This document shows, piece after piece, positions 46,669 to 56,310 of a stretch of DNA of 64,000 bases. How positions within the stretch are numbered: position 1 is the stretch's first letter; each line of letters starts with the position of its first letter. The stretch is from an uncultured Clostridia bacterium (GTDB taxonomy: Bacteria > Bacillota > Clostridia > Saccharofermentanales > Saccharofermentanaceae): the NCBI GenBank assembly GCA_947165785.1, contig CAMVBS010000003.1:12656-76655 (forward strand). The letters are read 5' to 3'. The translations under genes and the position numbers were made by a program. The notes beneath the pieces are model-generated. The model was not told the origin of the DNA. It ran no database searches and saw only the letters and a program-made list of their open reading frames with translations.

Positions 46669-48609
46669 ATGAACCTCAAAACTGCATTCGGATCAAGATT
46701 TAAGATTGGCGCGGCGATCTCGCGCATGAATCTCCAGACGCCCGCGAACATGTCGCTCCTGCTGGATCAGTTCAACAGCTTCACTGTTGAAAATGACATG
46801 AAGCCGATGTACTTTCTGGACTATGATGCAAATCATTCAGATCCTGATAACCTTGTACCGAAGCTTCGATTCGACTTCGCGATCCCTTATCTGGAATTTG
46901 CCAAGAAGAACGATATCCCAATGAGAGGTCATACGCTCGTATGGCACAATCAGACACCTAAGTGGTTCTTCTGCAAGGACTATAACACGGCAGAAGGTTT
47001 TGTCGATCGCGATACTATGCTCATAAGACTCGAGAATTACATAAAGGGAGTCCTGACTTTTGTACAGACTGATTACCCGGGGATCATCTACGCGTGGGAT
47101 GTCGTTAACGAAGTGATCGACGAAGGTGATTTCAGAAAATCCCTTTGGACAAAGGTCGTCGGAACAGACTTCGTCCTTAAGGCATTTGAATATGCAAGAA
47201 GATATGCTTCACCTGAAGTAAAGCTCTTCTATAATGACTATAACTCTTTCGAACCCTGGAAGAGGGATCTCATAATCGACAAGGTCCTCAAGCCTCTTCT
47301 CGAAAAAGATCTCGTTGACGGTATGGGTATGCAGTCTCACCTTACGATGAGCGAGCCTTCAGACCTGAAGCTCTACGAGACGGCGCTCCACATGTACGGT
47401 ACACTTGGCATCGAAGTACAGATGACTGAACTGGACATCCACAATGCCGATCCGTCCGAAGAGTCCATGCAAAAACTCGCGGACAGATACAGGGAACTTT
47501 TCGAGATCATCATAAAGGCAAAAGACAGCGGCAAGGCAAATGTTACTTCCGTTACTTTCTGGAACCTTCAGGACGAGCATTCGTGGCTCACGGGTTTTCG
47601 AAGAGAAGTAAGCCATCCATTGCTCTTCGAAGGAAAGTCGAAGGCGAAGAAAGCATACTACAGTGTTCTCGAGACGGCAGTCTCCAAAGATCTAATCGAC
47701 GAATGGGTCCCTTCATATCCTGAAGAGGACTATAAGCCTGATATGCCTTTTGACTACTTTAAGAAGATGAACGAACTTTGGTATCAGAAGATCAACATTG
47801 AACCTGGTATCGATCTGGCATATCAGGAATTCGGTGACGGCGATAACTACATCCTTTCTGCTCAGGTAGGGTTCTTCCCGTTCGGAATGCAGCAGCGTCT
47901 CGCCATGATGGGATATCACGTTATCTGCATTACACTTAGAGGCTTCTACCCTTCTTCCTACGTTACGGAAGACTACAGTGAGAACTGGTATGATGTCTTT
48001 GCTTCAGACGTTATCAAAGTTGCGGATAAACTTCACATAGATAAGTTCGCATATATGGGCGCCTCACACGGAGCAGGTGTCGGCTGGCATCTGATGCTCA
48101 TGGCTCCTGACAGGGTAACGGGATTTGTCGCATGCGTTCCGGGACCTCATAGTCTCAAGGAAGGCTCGATGTCGATCCGTCAGATGCTCCTATCGGGGAT
48201 CATCAAGGAACCGCCTGCAATGGACCCTCCTATCGACAATGACCCTAAGCGTCAGGCTCGCCGCGATTTTCGTGAGAGAAGGATATCCATGAATCAGGAG
48301 CCTGATCCGCGCGAGAAGGCCATCGACTACGGCCGTCCGTTAAGTAAGTTTAAGACTGAAGAGAAACTTTGCGAAGCACTTCATTCGATCAATGTCCCTA
48401 CCCTTATCCTGGGAGGCATCGACGACCCGATAAGCACACCTGAACTCATGATGAGGACAGCAAAAGAACTTCCCCACTGCAAGCTCATCATCTACTCCAA
48501 CTGCGGCCATAATATCGATACCGATCTTATCGAAGAATTGTGTTTTGAATCTGACCGTTTCTTAAAGCAGGTGCAAAAAGACGGCCGTGTATATGAATCA
48601 GTAGATTAA
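46669..48609 (+). CDS. GH10 endo-1,4-beta-xylanase fused to a C-terminal alpha/beta-hydrolase (esterase) domain
   Basis: GH10 blocks: GHTLVWHNQTPKWF, WDVVNEV (acid/base), QMTELDI (nucleophile). The C-terminal half has GxSxG (GASHGAG) and a terminal GH. There is no signal peptide. Confidence 0.85.
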   Translation: MNLKTAFGSRFKIGAAISRMNLQTPANMSLLLDQFNSFTVENDMKPMYFLDYDANHSDPDNLVPKLRFDFAIPYLEFAKKNDIPMRGHTLVWHNQTPKWFFCKDYNTAEGFVDRDTMLIRLENYIKGVLTFVQTDYPGIIYAWDVVNEVIDEGDFRKSLWTKVVGTDFVLKAFEYARRYASPEVKLFYNDYNSFEPWKRDLIIDKVLKPLLEKDLVDGMGMQSHLTMSEPSDLKLYETALHMYGTLGIEVQMTELDIHNADPSEESMQKLADRYRELFEIIIKAKDSGKANVTSVTFWNLQDEHSWLTGFRREVSHPLLFEGKSKAKKAYYSVLETAVSKDLIDEWVPSYPEEDYKPDMPFDYFKKMNELWYQKINIEPGIDLAYQEFGDGDNYILSAQVGFFPFGMQQRLAMMGYHVICITLRGFYPSSYVTEDYSENWYDVFASDVIKVADKLHIDKFAYMGASHGAGVGWHLMLMAPDRVTGFVACVPGPHSLKEGSMSIRQMLLSGIIKEPPAMDPPIDNDPKRQARRDFRERRISMNQEPDPREKAIDYGRPLSKFKTEEKLCEALHSINVPTLILGGIDDPISTPELMMRTAKELPHCKLIIYSNCGHNIDTDLIEELCFESDRFLKQVQKDGRVYESVD

Positions 48610-48613
48610 CGTG

Positions 48614-49243
48614 TTATGAAGTGTGATCCATGATCCACTTCGTGACATCATCATCTTTGGAGTACTCCTTAGCGTAATCGATGACATTATGCTTAAGGAG
48701 TATTTTTTTGATGAGATCTTCATCCAGCCGGTCGAGAAATTCAACAAAGCCGATCTGGGATCTTCTTCGTATCTCCTTAAGAAGGAGCGTGTCCTTAAGT
48801 TTACGCGCAGCTTCAGATCTGGGATACCCCTGACCGAACGGTTCCTTAAAAAGATCCTTTAACGTTTCATACATATTGTCTTTGCCATGCCAGGTGTATT
48901 CTTCCCCCAACGGAAGCGAGACACAGTTACCGTTATTGATCTGAGCAAAAAGATATGCATCAGGAGGTGTCGGAATATATCCGCATAAAACTCCCGGAAT
49001 GCTGTTACAAGAAAGCATCATTCCCTGTCCTGACGAACATCCCGTTACGATGAGATCTACCGCTTTACTGTTAAGAAGAAGACCGATCATTAACGATACT
49101 TCTATATAACTGTAGCATTCATCCTCATCTTCAAAGCAGCCGAAATTCACGATCTCATGACCATTCGCATAAAGCTTGACTGCATCATGGATCATCTCAT
49201 TCTTTCCCGTCTGGGAACTTGCCTGTATCACGCCGATCTTCAT
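48614..49243 (-). CDS. RpiB/LacA/LacB-family sugar-phosphate isomerase-like protein
   Basis: N-terminal MKIGVI..., central TGCSSGQGM, and about 60 extra C-terminal residues. The SD spacing is poor. Confidence 0.5.
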   Translation of the reverse strand: MKIGVIQASSQTGKNEMIHDAVKLYANGHEIVNFGCFEDEDECYSYIEVSLMIGLLLNSKAVDLIVTGCSSGQGMMLSCNSIPGVLCGYIPTPPDAYLFAQINNGNCVSLPLGEEYTWHGKDNMYETLKDLFKEPFGQGYPRSEAARKLKDTLLLKEIRRRSQIGFVEFLDRLDEDLIKKILLKHNVIDYAKEYSKDDDVTKWIMDHTS

Positions 49244-49389
49244 TCTCCAAGACCATTCCTTTATTGCTTTTATATGACACTATTCTACAATAAATTCACA
49301 ATGAATTACTGCGATGATATAATAATTTCTGTCAGCGAATCGGATAGATACATAAGTTACGTGAATGCCTCACGTCCAAGGAGAGAGAT

Positions 49390-50058
49390 ATGAAAAAGCT
49401 CATTTCGATGATCCTCATCTTTTCAACAGCTCTTTTCATGTTCGGATGCAGTAAGACTGATGAGAAGAAAAAAGAGAATGTAAATATCGTCAGCGAAGAT
49501 GAAACAGAAAACGAAGCTGACCCTGCTGATGCTGAAAGCAGTTCATCATTCACAAGAGAAGTATTTGATGGTATTGCCGAGACGATCGGCGCAGAAAAGA
49601 CTGACTATAAAGGGATCCTGGATAAGACCAGGATCAACGGCGCCGAAGAGAAGATCAGTTTCTCTGACGCAGGTGAAGAAGCAAAGAAATATTCCGGAGG
49701 CGTCTTAAACAGTTTTCAGATCTCCGTAAGCGGTGCCAAGGAAGCAGCTGTGGTATATGACGGCACTATCGGTGACCCGGGATATCATGTCAAACTGTCA
49801 TTCTTCAGATTCGAAAACGAAGATGATGCTTCAAATGTATTCAGCAAGATCGACCCGAATGGCGAAGTAGGCACCAAGGGAGACATAAGTTACAAGTTTG
49901 AACTCATTGAATACCAGGAAAATGAGATCCATCCGTTCGCAATATACCTCGATGGCGATTGCATAGTAATGATCAACGGAGTCACCACTGCCGAAGAACC
50001 TGAACTCATCGGTATGTTATGCAAAGAACTCAAGGTCCCTTCGCCTTATGATACTTAA
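49390..50058 (+). CDS. Hypothetical lipoprotein
   Basis: Lipobox LFMFGCSK with SD AAGGAGAG upstream. Confidence 0.55.
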   Translation: MKKLISMILIFSTALFMFGCSKTDEKKKENVNIVSEDETENEADPADAESSSSFTREVFDGIAETIGAEKTDYKGILDKTRINGAEEKISFSDAGEEAKKYSGGVLNSFQISVSGAKEAAVVYDGTIGDPGYHVKLSFFRFENEDDASNVFSKIDPNGEVGTKGDISYKFELIEYQENEIHPFAIYLDGDCIVMINGVTTAEEPELIGMLCKELKVPSPYDT

Positions 50059-50112
50059 AGGCAACCTATTGCATATGTTCCGTGTTATCCATGATACAGT
50101 CGAGGATCTGTT

Positions 50113-50652
50113 ATGAACCTGTCTGATCCCAAGATCCTTTTATGTGTGATATTCGTGTCCCTGGGAGTTCTCTCGTGGATCATCACGATAGGTGCCAGGA
50201 TATCGAGCAAAAAAACAGGTCACTTCGTATCGGGTGTACCTGCATTAGGCGGCATCTTTATCGCTGTCGGTTTCCTCTTCTCACCCATTAAATGGCTGGC
50301 GCTGATCGGACTTCTGGACTTTGATCTGTGGTATCTCATCATCAGCGTAATACCTTCGATCATCATCGGCGAAAAGGCTCTTCGAGACTATATTCCGCCG
50401 GAAGTATTCGATGGCGGAAAAGTCCTGGAATATTCCGATTACAACAAGGAGTTCGAAGAGATCCGTGAAGACATTGCAGATGGAGCAATGATGATCCATC
50501 ATATAAACCGCTATGTGATCATCAGCAAAGACAATTCGTTTATCCTTCTCAAGACCGAGTTGAATACAAGGATCATCCAAAGGATAGAATGTAAGAGCCC
50601 TGAAGAATGCAAGATCCATGCATCCTCCAAGGCTCGTTGGAAACACCTTTAA
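50113..50652 (+). CDS. Hypothetical membrane protein (three TM helices + cytoplasmic tail)
   Basis: A hydrophobic N-terminal half and no recognised family. Confidence 0.45.
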   Translation: MNLSDPKILLCVIFVSLGVLSWIITIGARISSKKTGHFVSGVPALGGIFIAVGFLFSPIKWLALIGLLDFDLWYLIISVIPSIIIGEKALRDYIPPEVFDGGKVLEYSDYNKEFEEIREDIADGAMMIHHINRYVIISKDNSFILLKTELNTRIIQRIECKSPEECKIHASSKARWKHL

Positions 50653-50663
50653 AGATATAGGTC

Positions 50664-51641
50664 TTACGCAGGAAGCGTAAGGTCATACCAGTCATTTACA
50701 TCGCCGGTAACGATCCACTCAAGACCTCTTCTTCTCTCGATAACGATGGAAGGATTAAGAGCGCCTATCGATGTTCCGGCATTGACCTTGGCATCATTGA
50801 TCGCCCAGTTATATCTGAAGTAAAGATCGAGCATATCAAGGATGTCTTCCTTGCTCCTCAGCTTACACTTCTTCATGAACTCTTCAACCGAGTTGCATTT
50901 CATTACGAAACCTATTGCCTTATCACAATCACACACATCAGAAGCATCACTGATATCCTTTACAAGGCCAAGGCTCCAGCAAAGCGCCCAGTAGGCTTCG
51001 TATGCCCAGTCCATATCGATCGCATCCTGCATCTCATAAGTTCCGTCAACGATCTTTTTCTCTTTATCATTAAGCTGATCCATAAGACCAAACTTCTCGA
51101 TATAAGGCTTAAAGTAATCAAGACCTTCCTGATAATTTCCCTGTCCGATATCACAGGCGATCTGGATGACGAAGAAACATGCTACGGCTCTCTTACAGAT
51201 ATCCTCGAGGCTTCTTAATTCAACCTCATCATCGTTCCAACGTGTCATCAGGCGATCGGCAACGGCGATCTTCTTTTTACCTACGAACTTATTGTTCTTT
51301 TCTCTTCTCTTCTTCTGGATCTTTGTCTCAGGAAGTTCCTCATTAAGAAGGCATGGATGATTAGCCTTATAAAATTCGACTGTCTGATGGAACATATCTG
51401 CATTGATATCCACCATCATGAGCTTGCCATTCTGCACGGCAAAGAAAAATACTTTACCCGTAAAACCGATCGCAAAAAGTGCTTCCAGCTGACCGTCGTC
51501 CTTGCTGAAGAGATATCCCATCGTAACCGATAATCCCGGGAATTCCTCCTGCGTTACAAGTTCATTGTCCAGGAGCACGCCGATAGCCGAATTAACAAGG
51601 TGTTCCTTAAGTTCTCTGTTATAGATCTGATTGGTCTCCAT
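50664..51641 (-). CDS. Hypothetical protein with DUF4272-like C-terminal domain
   Basis: Start at ATG 51641 behind AGGAG. The C-terminal pattern is DMDWAYEAYWALCWSLGLV...YFRYNWA. Confidence 0.5.
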   Translation of the reverse strand: METNQIYNRELKEHLVNSAIGVLLDNELVTQEEFPGLSVTMGYLFSKDDGQLEALFAIGFTGKVFFFAVQNGKLMMVDINADMFHQTVEFYKANHPCLLNEELPETKIQKKRREKNNKFVGKKKIAVADRLMTRWNDDEVELRSLEDICKRAVACFFVIQIACDIGQGNYQEGLDYFKPYIEKFGLMDQLNDKEKKIVDGTYEMQDAIDMDWAYEAYWALCWSLGLVKDISDASDVCDCDKAIGFVMKCNSVEEFMKKCKLRSKEDILDMLDLYFRYNWAINDAKVNAGTSIGALNPSIVIERRRGLEWIVTGDVNDWYDLTLPA

Positions 51642-51746
51642 ATGTATTGTCTCCTTTAATCCCAAAATCGTTTTCTCTCTCAAAAAAACACATCCGTTAG
51701 AGAGTTTATCACATTTTCGAGAAGACAAGAACAGGAAAAGATCAGA

Positions 51747-52823
51747 TCACATGATCGCCAGAGCTTTCCTGCAATCTTCAAGGATCACGGCTTTCTCGAT
51801 CTTATCCAAGGTCTCGTCTGAAGATACCTTGTTAAGTATCGATTCAATGCCCGCCTTGTCACCATGAACGAAGCGATCATTGATCTCATTCATCTTATTC
51901 AGCGTGTCATGCTTAAGATCGCTGAGCTTACTGTCCTCATCCTTAAAGATCGTCGACGGCTGTTTCTCAAAGTAATGTCTCCACTTATCGACATTGCTGT
52001 CGTGAAGCATGGAATCGGTTGCATAGATGCCGAATTCCAGAAGCCTGTCCATAGTCTGAACAGCACCGACGGATGCCTCACGCTTAAGCCTTCTGATCCT
52101 GGATTTAACAAGCGATGTTCCCTTCATGAAGACAGCATATTCCTTAAAGTCAGAAGGATCATCAAAGAACAGATAGGTCCATATTCCTTCAAGGATAAAT
52201 TTCTTCTCTTTGTGAGTCGAAGCATATTCGATCGCGAACTTAATAAAGTCGACGAAGACCTTGGAATGATCCTGTCTTAAGTCACGCTCTTCCCTGGTCA
52301 TATAGTATTCGGATCCGCATCCGCTGAAGAACTCGTAAAGAAGATTCCCCATGCCGTGAAGCTTCTCAAGGCTGTAGTGATCCTTGACACACACGATATC
52401 GTCAAGTTCCACCTTCTCGATACCTTTGCCCTTGTATTCTCTCGTGAGGACCGACTTACCTGAACCGGAATATCCGATAACAAAGCACAGGTTTATCTCG
52501 CCTTTGTCGAAGGCTTCTTTGTTGTAGTAAAGATCAGGTTCTGAAAGAAGAAGCGTTTCCTTGGTCGGGATAGGCATCTCACCTTTAAACTTTCTTCGCA
52601 TGACGGTAAACATCGCAGGCACATTGTACCCGTAAAACTTCATGGAATAATAGTCAGAAAATCGCTTGTCCTTCTGTGACAGCTTCGTATATTTAAGGAA
52701 TGCCTTAATAAGTTCTTCCCTCGAGCCTATGTCGTCTCCTATAAGGGCAATATCGGGGTCACTCGCCACATCTTCAAATGTGATCTCTGCCTTTTCATCC
52801 AGGATCTCGTTCAAACAAATCAT
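51747..52823 (-). CDS. Hypothetical P-loop NTPase/kinase-like protein
   Basis: Walker A GYSGSGKS and a candidate Walker B FILEG, flanked by unassigned regions of about 110 aa each. Confidence 0.5.
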   Translation of the reverse strand: MICLNEILDEKAEITFEDVASDPDIALIGDDIGSREELIKAFLKYTKLSQKDKRFSDYYSMKFYGYNVPAMFTVMRRKFKGEMPIPTKETLLLSEPDLYYNKEAFDKGEINLCFVIGYSGSGKSVLTREYKGKGIEKVELDDIVCVKDHYSLEKLHGMGNLLYEFFSGCGSEYYMTREERDLRQDHSKVFVDFIKFAIEYASTHKEKKFILEGIWTYLFFDDPSDFKEYAVFMKGTSLVKSRIRRLKREASVGAVQTMDRLLEFGIYATDSMLHDSNVDKWRHYFEKQPSTIFKDEDSKLSDLKHDTLNKMNEINDRFVHGDKAGIESILNKVSSDETLDKIEKAVILEDCRKALAIM

Positions 52824-52836
52824 CTCCTATCTATGA

Positions 52837-54336
52837 TCATGTTTCTCCCACGGTTTCCTCAATAAGACCATATATCTCCTTAAGAATACCCACATCTATA
52901 TTCGAAAGCATATATGCATGTGACGCATTGGGATCAACGAATGTATGGAAGTTCTCACGGTCTTCGACATCAGGAAGTCTCATGGGATACCAGACATCCG
53001 AACCGCCGTATAGAAGGATCACGTTACAGTCAGTCGTATTCATCCACTCGATAAGGCCATCTCTCAATGAACCGTCAAAAACAAGTTCATCACATATCTC
53101 AGGTTCCAGATAGCTCCTGTAGAACAGTCCGTCCTCCATCTCTTCAGTGATCGATAACTGTGCATCGCTTCCGCGCTCCTTAATACCTTCGCGGATATAT
53201 GAGAAATCATACTTTGTATATCCGAGCTCTGTTCCCGACTGAATAAAGTAAGGAGTCAGATCCATTACTTGTGATGTAGAAGTAAATGCCTGGATCCCAA
53301 CCAGAAGTTCCAGCATTTCAGCAGGATAATCTTCCGTTCCTCTATCTTCCAACACCCAGCTAAGTCGCTGAAAATCCTGATCATACTGCCATGTGACGAC
53401 CGCGAAATTCATAACGACGATATCATAGATCATCTCAGGCGTAGCATAAGAACTGAAGTAGTTACCGCCTGATTCGAGCCTTCTGCACACCTGTTCCGTC
53501 AATTTATCTCTTAATTCCAGAGCATCTATCTGAAGATCAAGCACCATCTTGCGGTATTCAGCAGCCTGCTCGGGACCATAGCGTTCATTACCTATCTCCT
53601 CATATATATACTCGAAAAAGCCCTCTGCCTCAGGTCCGTCACAAAACGGTGCTATCTGCGGGATATAAAGGTCTGCATCCTGCGGAAAATACATCGACTG
53701 AGCCATCGTTGCAACTCCGCCCTTGCTGCATCCTGTCATCATCCAGGTTCCCGGGATCAGCTTTTTAAACTCATCCACGATATGATGGATATCACATGCA
53801 GCATTGTAACTGTTAAGGTAACTTATATATTCAGGAGAACCGGCAATTATATCTTCAGGTACTGACTTCCCGTAGAATCTGTATTCTATATTGATGAGAT
53901 TTACATCATGCATCTTTGAAAACCCATCCATATAAGAACCGTAGCCAAGGCCCAGATCATTGATCGCGTATCCGTTTACCAGAAGTTCGTTAACACCAAA
54001 ACCGCTGTAACAGAGCTGAACGCGCTGATCAAAGGTCCCCTTGGAAGGATCATTCCAATCCAAAGGCTGCTCGAAGATCACCATAAGATTATATTCGTCA
54101 GGGCAGTCTCCCGGTTCTGTTATCTCCTCAATGCTCTTTACGCCGTCCAGTTCAAGAAGTGCATCGATACCGAATTCGACTTCATCCTCCGTCTCAGATG
54201 CGGATGTCTCAACAGAAGTTTCCGACACATTATCGCTTACAGCCGATGTCTCGTTTACCGGATCATTTTTTGAACATGAAGAAAGCAGAACAAGCACTGC
54301 GATGAACAATGCCGTTAATCTGATCCTCTTCTTCAT
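52837..54336 (-). CDS. Secreted alpha/beta-hydrolase-fold serine peptidase-like lipoprotein (S28/S37-like)
   Basis: Lipobox LLSSCSK and a nucleophile elbow (TGCSKGG). It has an ATGA overlap with the flavin reductase gene. The family assignment is tentative. Confidence 0.45.
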   Translation of the reverse strand: MKKRIRLTALFIAVLVLLSSCSKNDPVNETSAVSDNVSETSVETSASETEDEVEFGIDALLELDGVKSIEEITEPGDCPDEYNLMVIFEQPLDWNDPSKGTFDQRVQLCYSGFGVNELLVNGYAINDLGLGYGSYMDGFSKMHDVNLINIEYRFYGKSVPEDIIAGSPEYISYLNSYNAACDIHHIVDEFKKLIPGTWMMTGCSKGGVATMAQSMYFPQDADLYIPQIAPFCDGPEAEGFFEYIYEEIGNERYGPEQAAEYRKMVLDLQIDALELRDKLTEQVCRRLESGGNYFSSYATPEMIYDIVVMNFAVVTWQYDQDFQRLSWVLEDRGTEDYPAEMLELLVGIQAFTSTSQVMDLTPYFIQSGTELGYTKYDFSYIREGIKERGSDAQLSITEEMEDGLFYRSYLEPEICDELVFDGSLRDGLIEWMNTTDCNVILLYGGSDVWYPMRLPDVEDRENFHTFVDPNASHAYMLSNIDVGILKEIYGLIEETVGET

Positions 54337-54803
54337 AATATCTCTACGACCTCGCCGATATACATGTCATGCTCGGCATCACCTTTATAGAATTGCTCAG
54401 CGATCTCAGGAAGCATATTGGAAGGATCGAGTTTTTGTTTAAAAAGCTTACGGCAGACAAGGGTTTTCTCTGCCTGATCAAATGTAACAGTGTTACAAAC
54501 CTCCTTGGCTGTAAGCTTCGGAAGGTTCATCTTATCAATGTCGCGACCCGACTTAGATCCAAGAGTCAGGAGGAGCTGACGGTAGGTTTCAGGATAAAAA
54601 CTTACCGTAAAATACTCTCCGTTATCCATAAATTCATGTGTGTATCTTGAAGTTCTTACATAGACAGTGGCAACAGGTTTACCCCAGATCGTTCCGAGAC
54701 CTCCCCAGGATACTGTCATGGTATTGAACTTATCTTTATCACCAGCTGTGAGAAGTGCCCACTTCTTATCAAATACTCCAAAGACATCAGTTTCAAGATT
54801 CAT
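54333..54803 (-). CDS. Flavin reductase-like (FMN-binding split-barrel) protein
   Basis: Pattern NTMTVSWGGLG...PVATVYVR in a 156 aa protein, with SD AAGGAG upstream. Confidence 0.75.
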   Translation of the reverse strand: MNLETDVFGVFDKKWALLTAGDKDKFNTMTVSWGGLGTIWGKPVATVYVRTSRYTHEFMDNGEYFTVSFYPETYRQLLLTLGSKSGRDIDKMNLPKLTAKEVCNTVTFDQAEKTLVCRKLFKQKLDPSNMLPEIAEQFYKGDAEHDMYIGEVVEIL

Positions 54804-54875
54804 ATGTCCTACTCCTTCTCATGTGTTTATGGTAAGTCTATTATCGCACACATTAATGGAGAACCTAAGAAACTT

Positions 54876-55628
54876 TTACTCCAAAGGCATATTATCTGTC
54901 TTGTTGTCCTTACATTGCTCTATATCAGACCATTGGCCGTCTTCATATCTCTGGATCTTACTGTCATACATGTAATCCATATAATAGCCCTTATCCAGTT
55001 CTTGAGTCTGCTTGCATTCGGATATATTTATTATTTCTCCCATTGCATGTTCCTCTCTTTCACGGGATATAAAGAGCTGGTAATATGACATTGGTTCTCC
55101 GGCTTTGGTCGGAAGGGTGAAAAAAGTGTAGCCGTCGGCAGTGTCAGCCTGTCTGTCAACACCATCTGAATAACTTAGGATCGTCGTTTTAAATTTAAAA
55201 GTCAGATACTTAAGCCCGGCCTTTTCCTGATAGAGAACACCCTCCAGGTGCCAGTTATAAGAAAGAATAGGTTCCTCACTTGCGAACAGTTCAACATTTT
55301 TCTGCTCTATCTTGGAACTTCTGTCAAAGACCAATGTCACAAAGTCATAGCCTTTATACCATCCCTTAAACTTAAGCATATTGTCAGGATCCACTTCGTT
55401 GAAATCGCCGTCAATGATTATCTCAGAACCGAGATCATCTATAGTGATATCATCTTCTTTCCACTTTGTGACCGCCCTGTATAGTTCAGAGGTCTTATAC
55501 TTATCGTCTTTATCTTTTACTCTTTTTGCAGTTGTATTCCTGCAGCCTGCAAAACAAGTGACAGTGATCACGAGCAACATAGCAACTGTCAAGATCTTCC
55601 TGAATCTGTTATAAGCGATATCATTCAT
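54876..55628 (-). CDS. Hypothetical lipoprotein
   Basis: Lipobox CFAGCRN with SD GGGAGG upstream. This stretch looks AT-richer by eye. Confidence 0.5.
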   Translation of the reverse strand: MNDIAYNRFRKILTVAMLLVITVTCFAGCRNTTAKRVKDKDDKYKTSELYRAVTKWKEDDITIDDLGSEIIIDGDFNEVDPDNMLKFKGWYKGYDFVTLVFDRSSKIEQKNVELFASEEPILSYNWHLEGVLYQEKAGLKYLTFKFKTTILSYSDGVDRQADTADGYTFFTLPTKAGEPMSYYQLFISREREEHAMGEIINISECKQTQELDKGYYMDYMYDSKIQRYEDGQWSDIEQCKDNKTDNMPLE

Positions 55629-55700
55629 CGAAGTTTCCTCCCTATACTACTAATATCAACTTATCAGTATGCTTGGTTTCAATATATCATAAGATAAAGG

Positions 55701-55732
55701 CTCATGTACGGATAACGTGCATGAGTTTTTTT
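55701..55732 (+). terminator. Terminator-like hairpin plus T7 tract in the 5' leader of the PD-(D/E)xK gene
   Basis: The stem ctcatgtacg / cgtgcatgag (10 bp, one G-U pair) has loop gataa and is followed by ttttttt. No plus-strand gene lies upstream. Confidence 0.45.
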
Positions 55733-55749
55733 GTGGCATAATCTATGGT

Positions 55750-56304
55750 ATGGGACTTCTGGATAAAGACATAAGAGAGCCGCTGTTCTGGTATTTCGAG
55801 GAGAAGTACGGAATGGTAAGGTTCATAGAGGAAAAGACTATCGGCAGGTCACGCGCGGATGTTATGCTCGTTACTCCGGATAGTCTTATCGGTATCGAGA
55901 TCAAGAGCGATGCCGATTCTTATGTGCGTCTTAAAAGCCAAGTCAAAAGCTACGATAAATACTTCGACTATAACTATGTGGTAGTAGGCGCAAGTCACAA
56001 GAAGCATGTCGAGGAGCACGTTCCGGCGCACTGGGGGATCGTAAGCTGTCACGAAGGAGAAGATGATATGGTCTTCGAGCTCGTAAGGATCGCCGAACCG
56101 AATAAGAAGGTCAAGATCGAACATAAGATAAGTATCCTTTGGAGACGCGAGCTCAATAACATCTGCGAAGAGTGTCTCAAGTACAGATATACTCACTTAA
56201 GTAAGGCTCAACTCGGCAAAAAGATAATCGAGGCAGTCGACAAGGACCGCCTCGACAGATTGATCTCAAGAGAACTTTTTAACAGAGATTACACGACCAT
56301 ATGA
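55750..56304 (+). CDS. PD-(D/E)xK nuclease-fold protein, sce7726/MmcB-like
   Basis: The motif GRSRADVMLV...LIGIEIKSDADSYVRLKSQVKSYDKYFDYNYVVV fits D...E-x-K. I prefer ATG 55750 because GTG 55717 lies inside the hairpin. Confidence 0.5.
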   Translation: MGLLDKDIREPLFWYFEEKYGMVRFIEEKTIGRSRADVMLVTPDSLIGIEIKSDADSYVRLKSQVKSYDKYFDYNYVVVGASHKKHVEEHVPAHWGIVSCHEGEDDMVFELVRIAEPNKKVKIEHKISILWRRELNNICEECLKYRYTHLSKAQLGKKIIEAVDKDRLDRLISRELFNRDYTTI

Positions 56305-56310
56305 GAAATA

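Noticed and set aside
55711-55719. The shared 9-mer GGATAACGT between the leader hairpin loop at 55711 and the composite repeat at 57508, as a possible common operator.
   Set aside because: A single 9-mer recurrence is roughly what chance predicts in 64 kb searched on two strands. The flanking bases do not extend the match.
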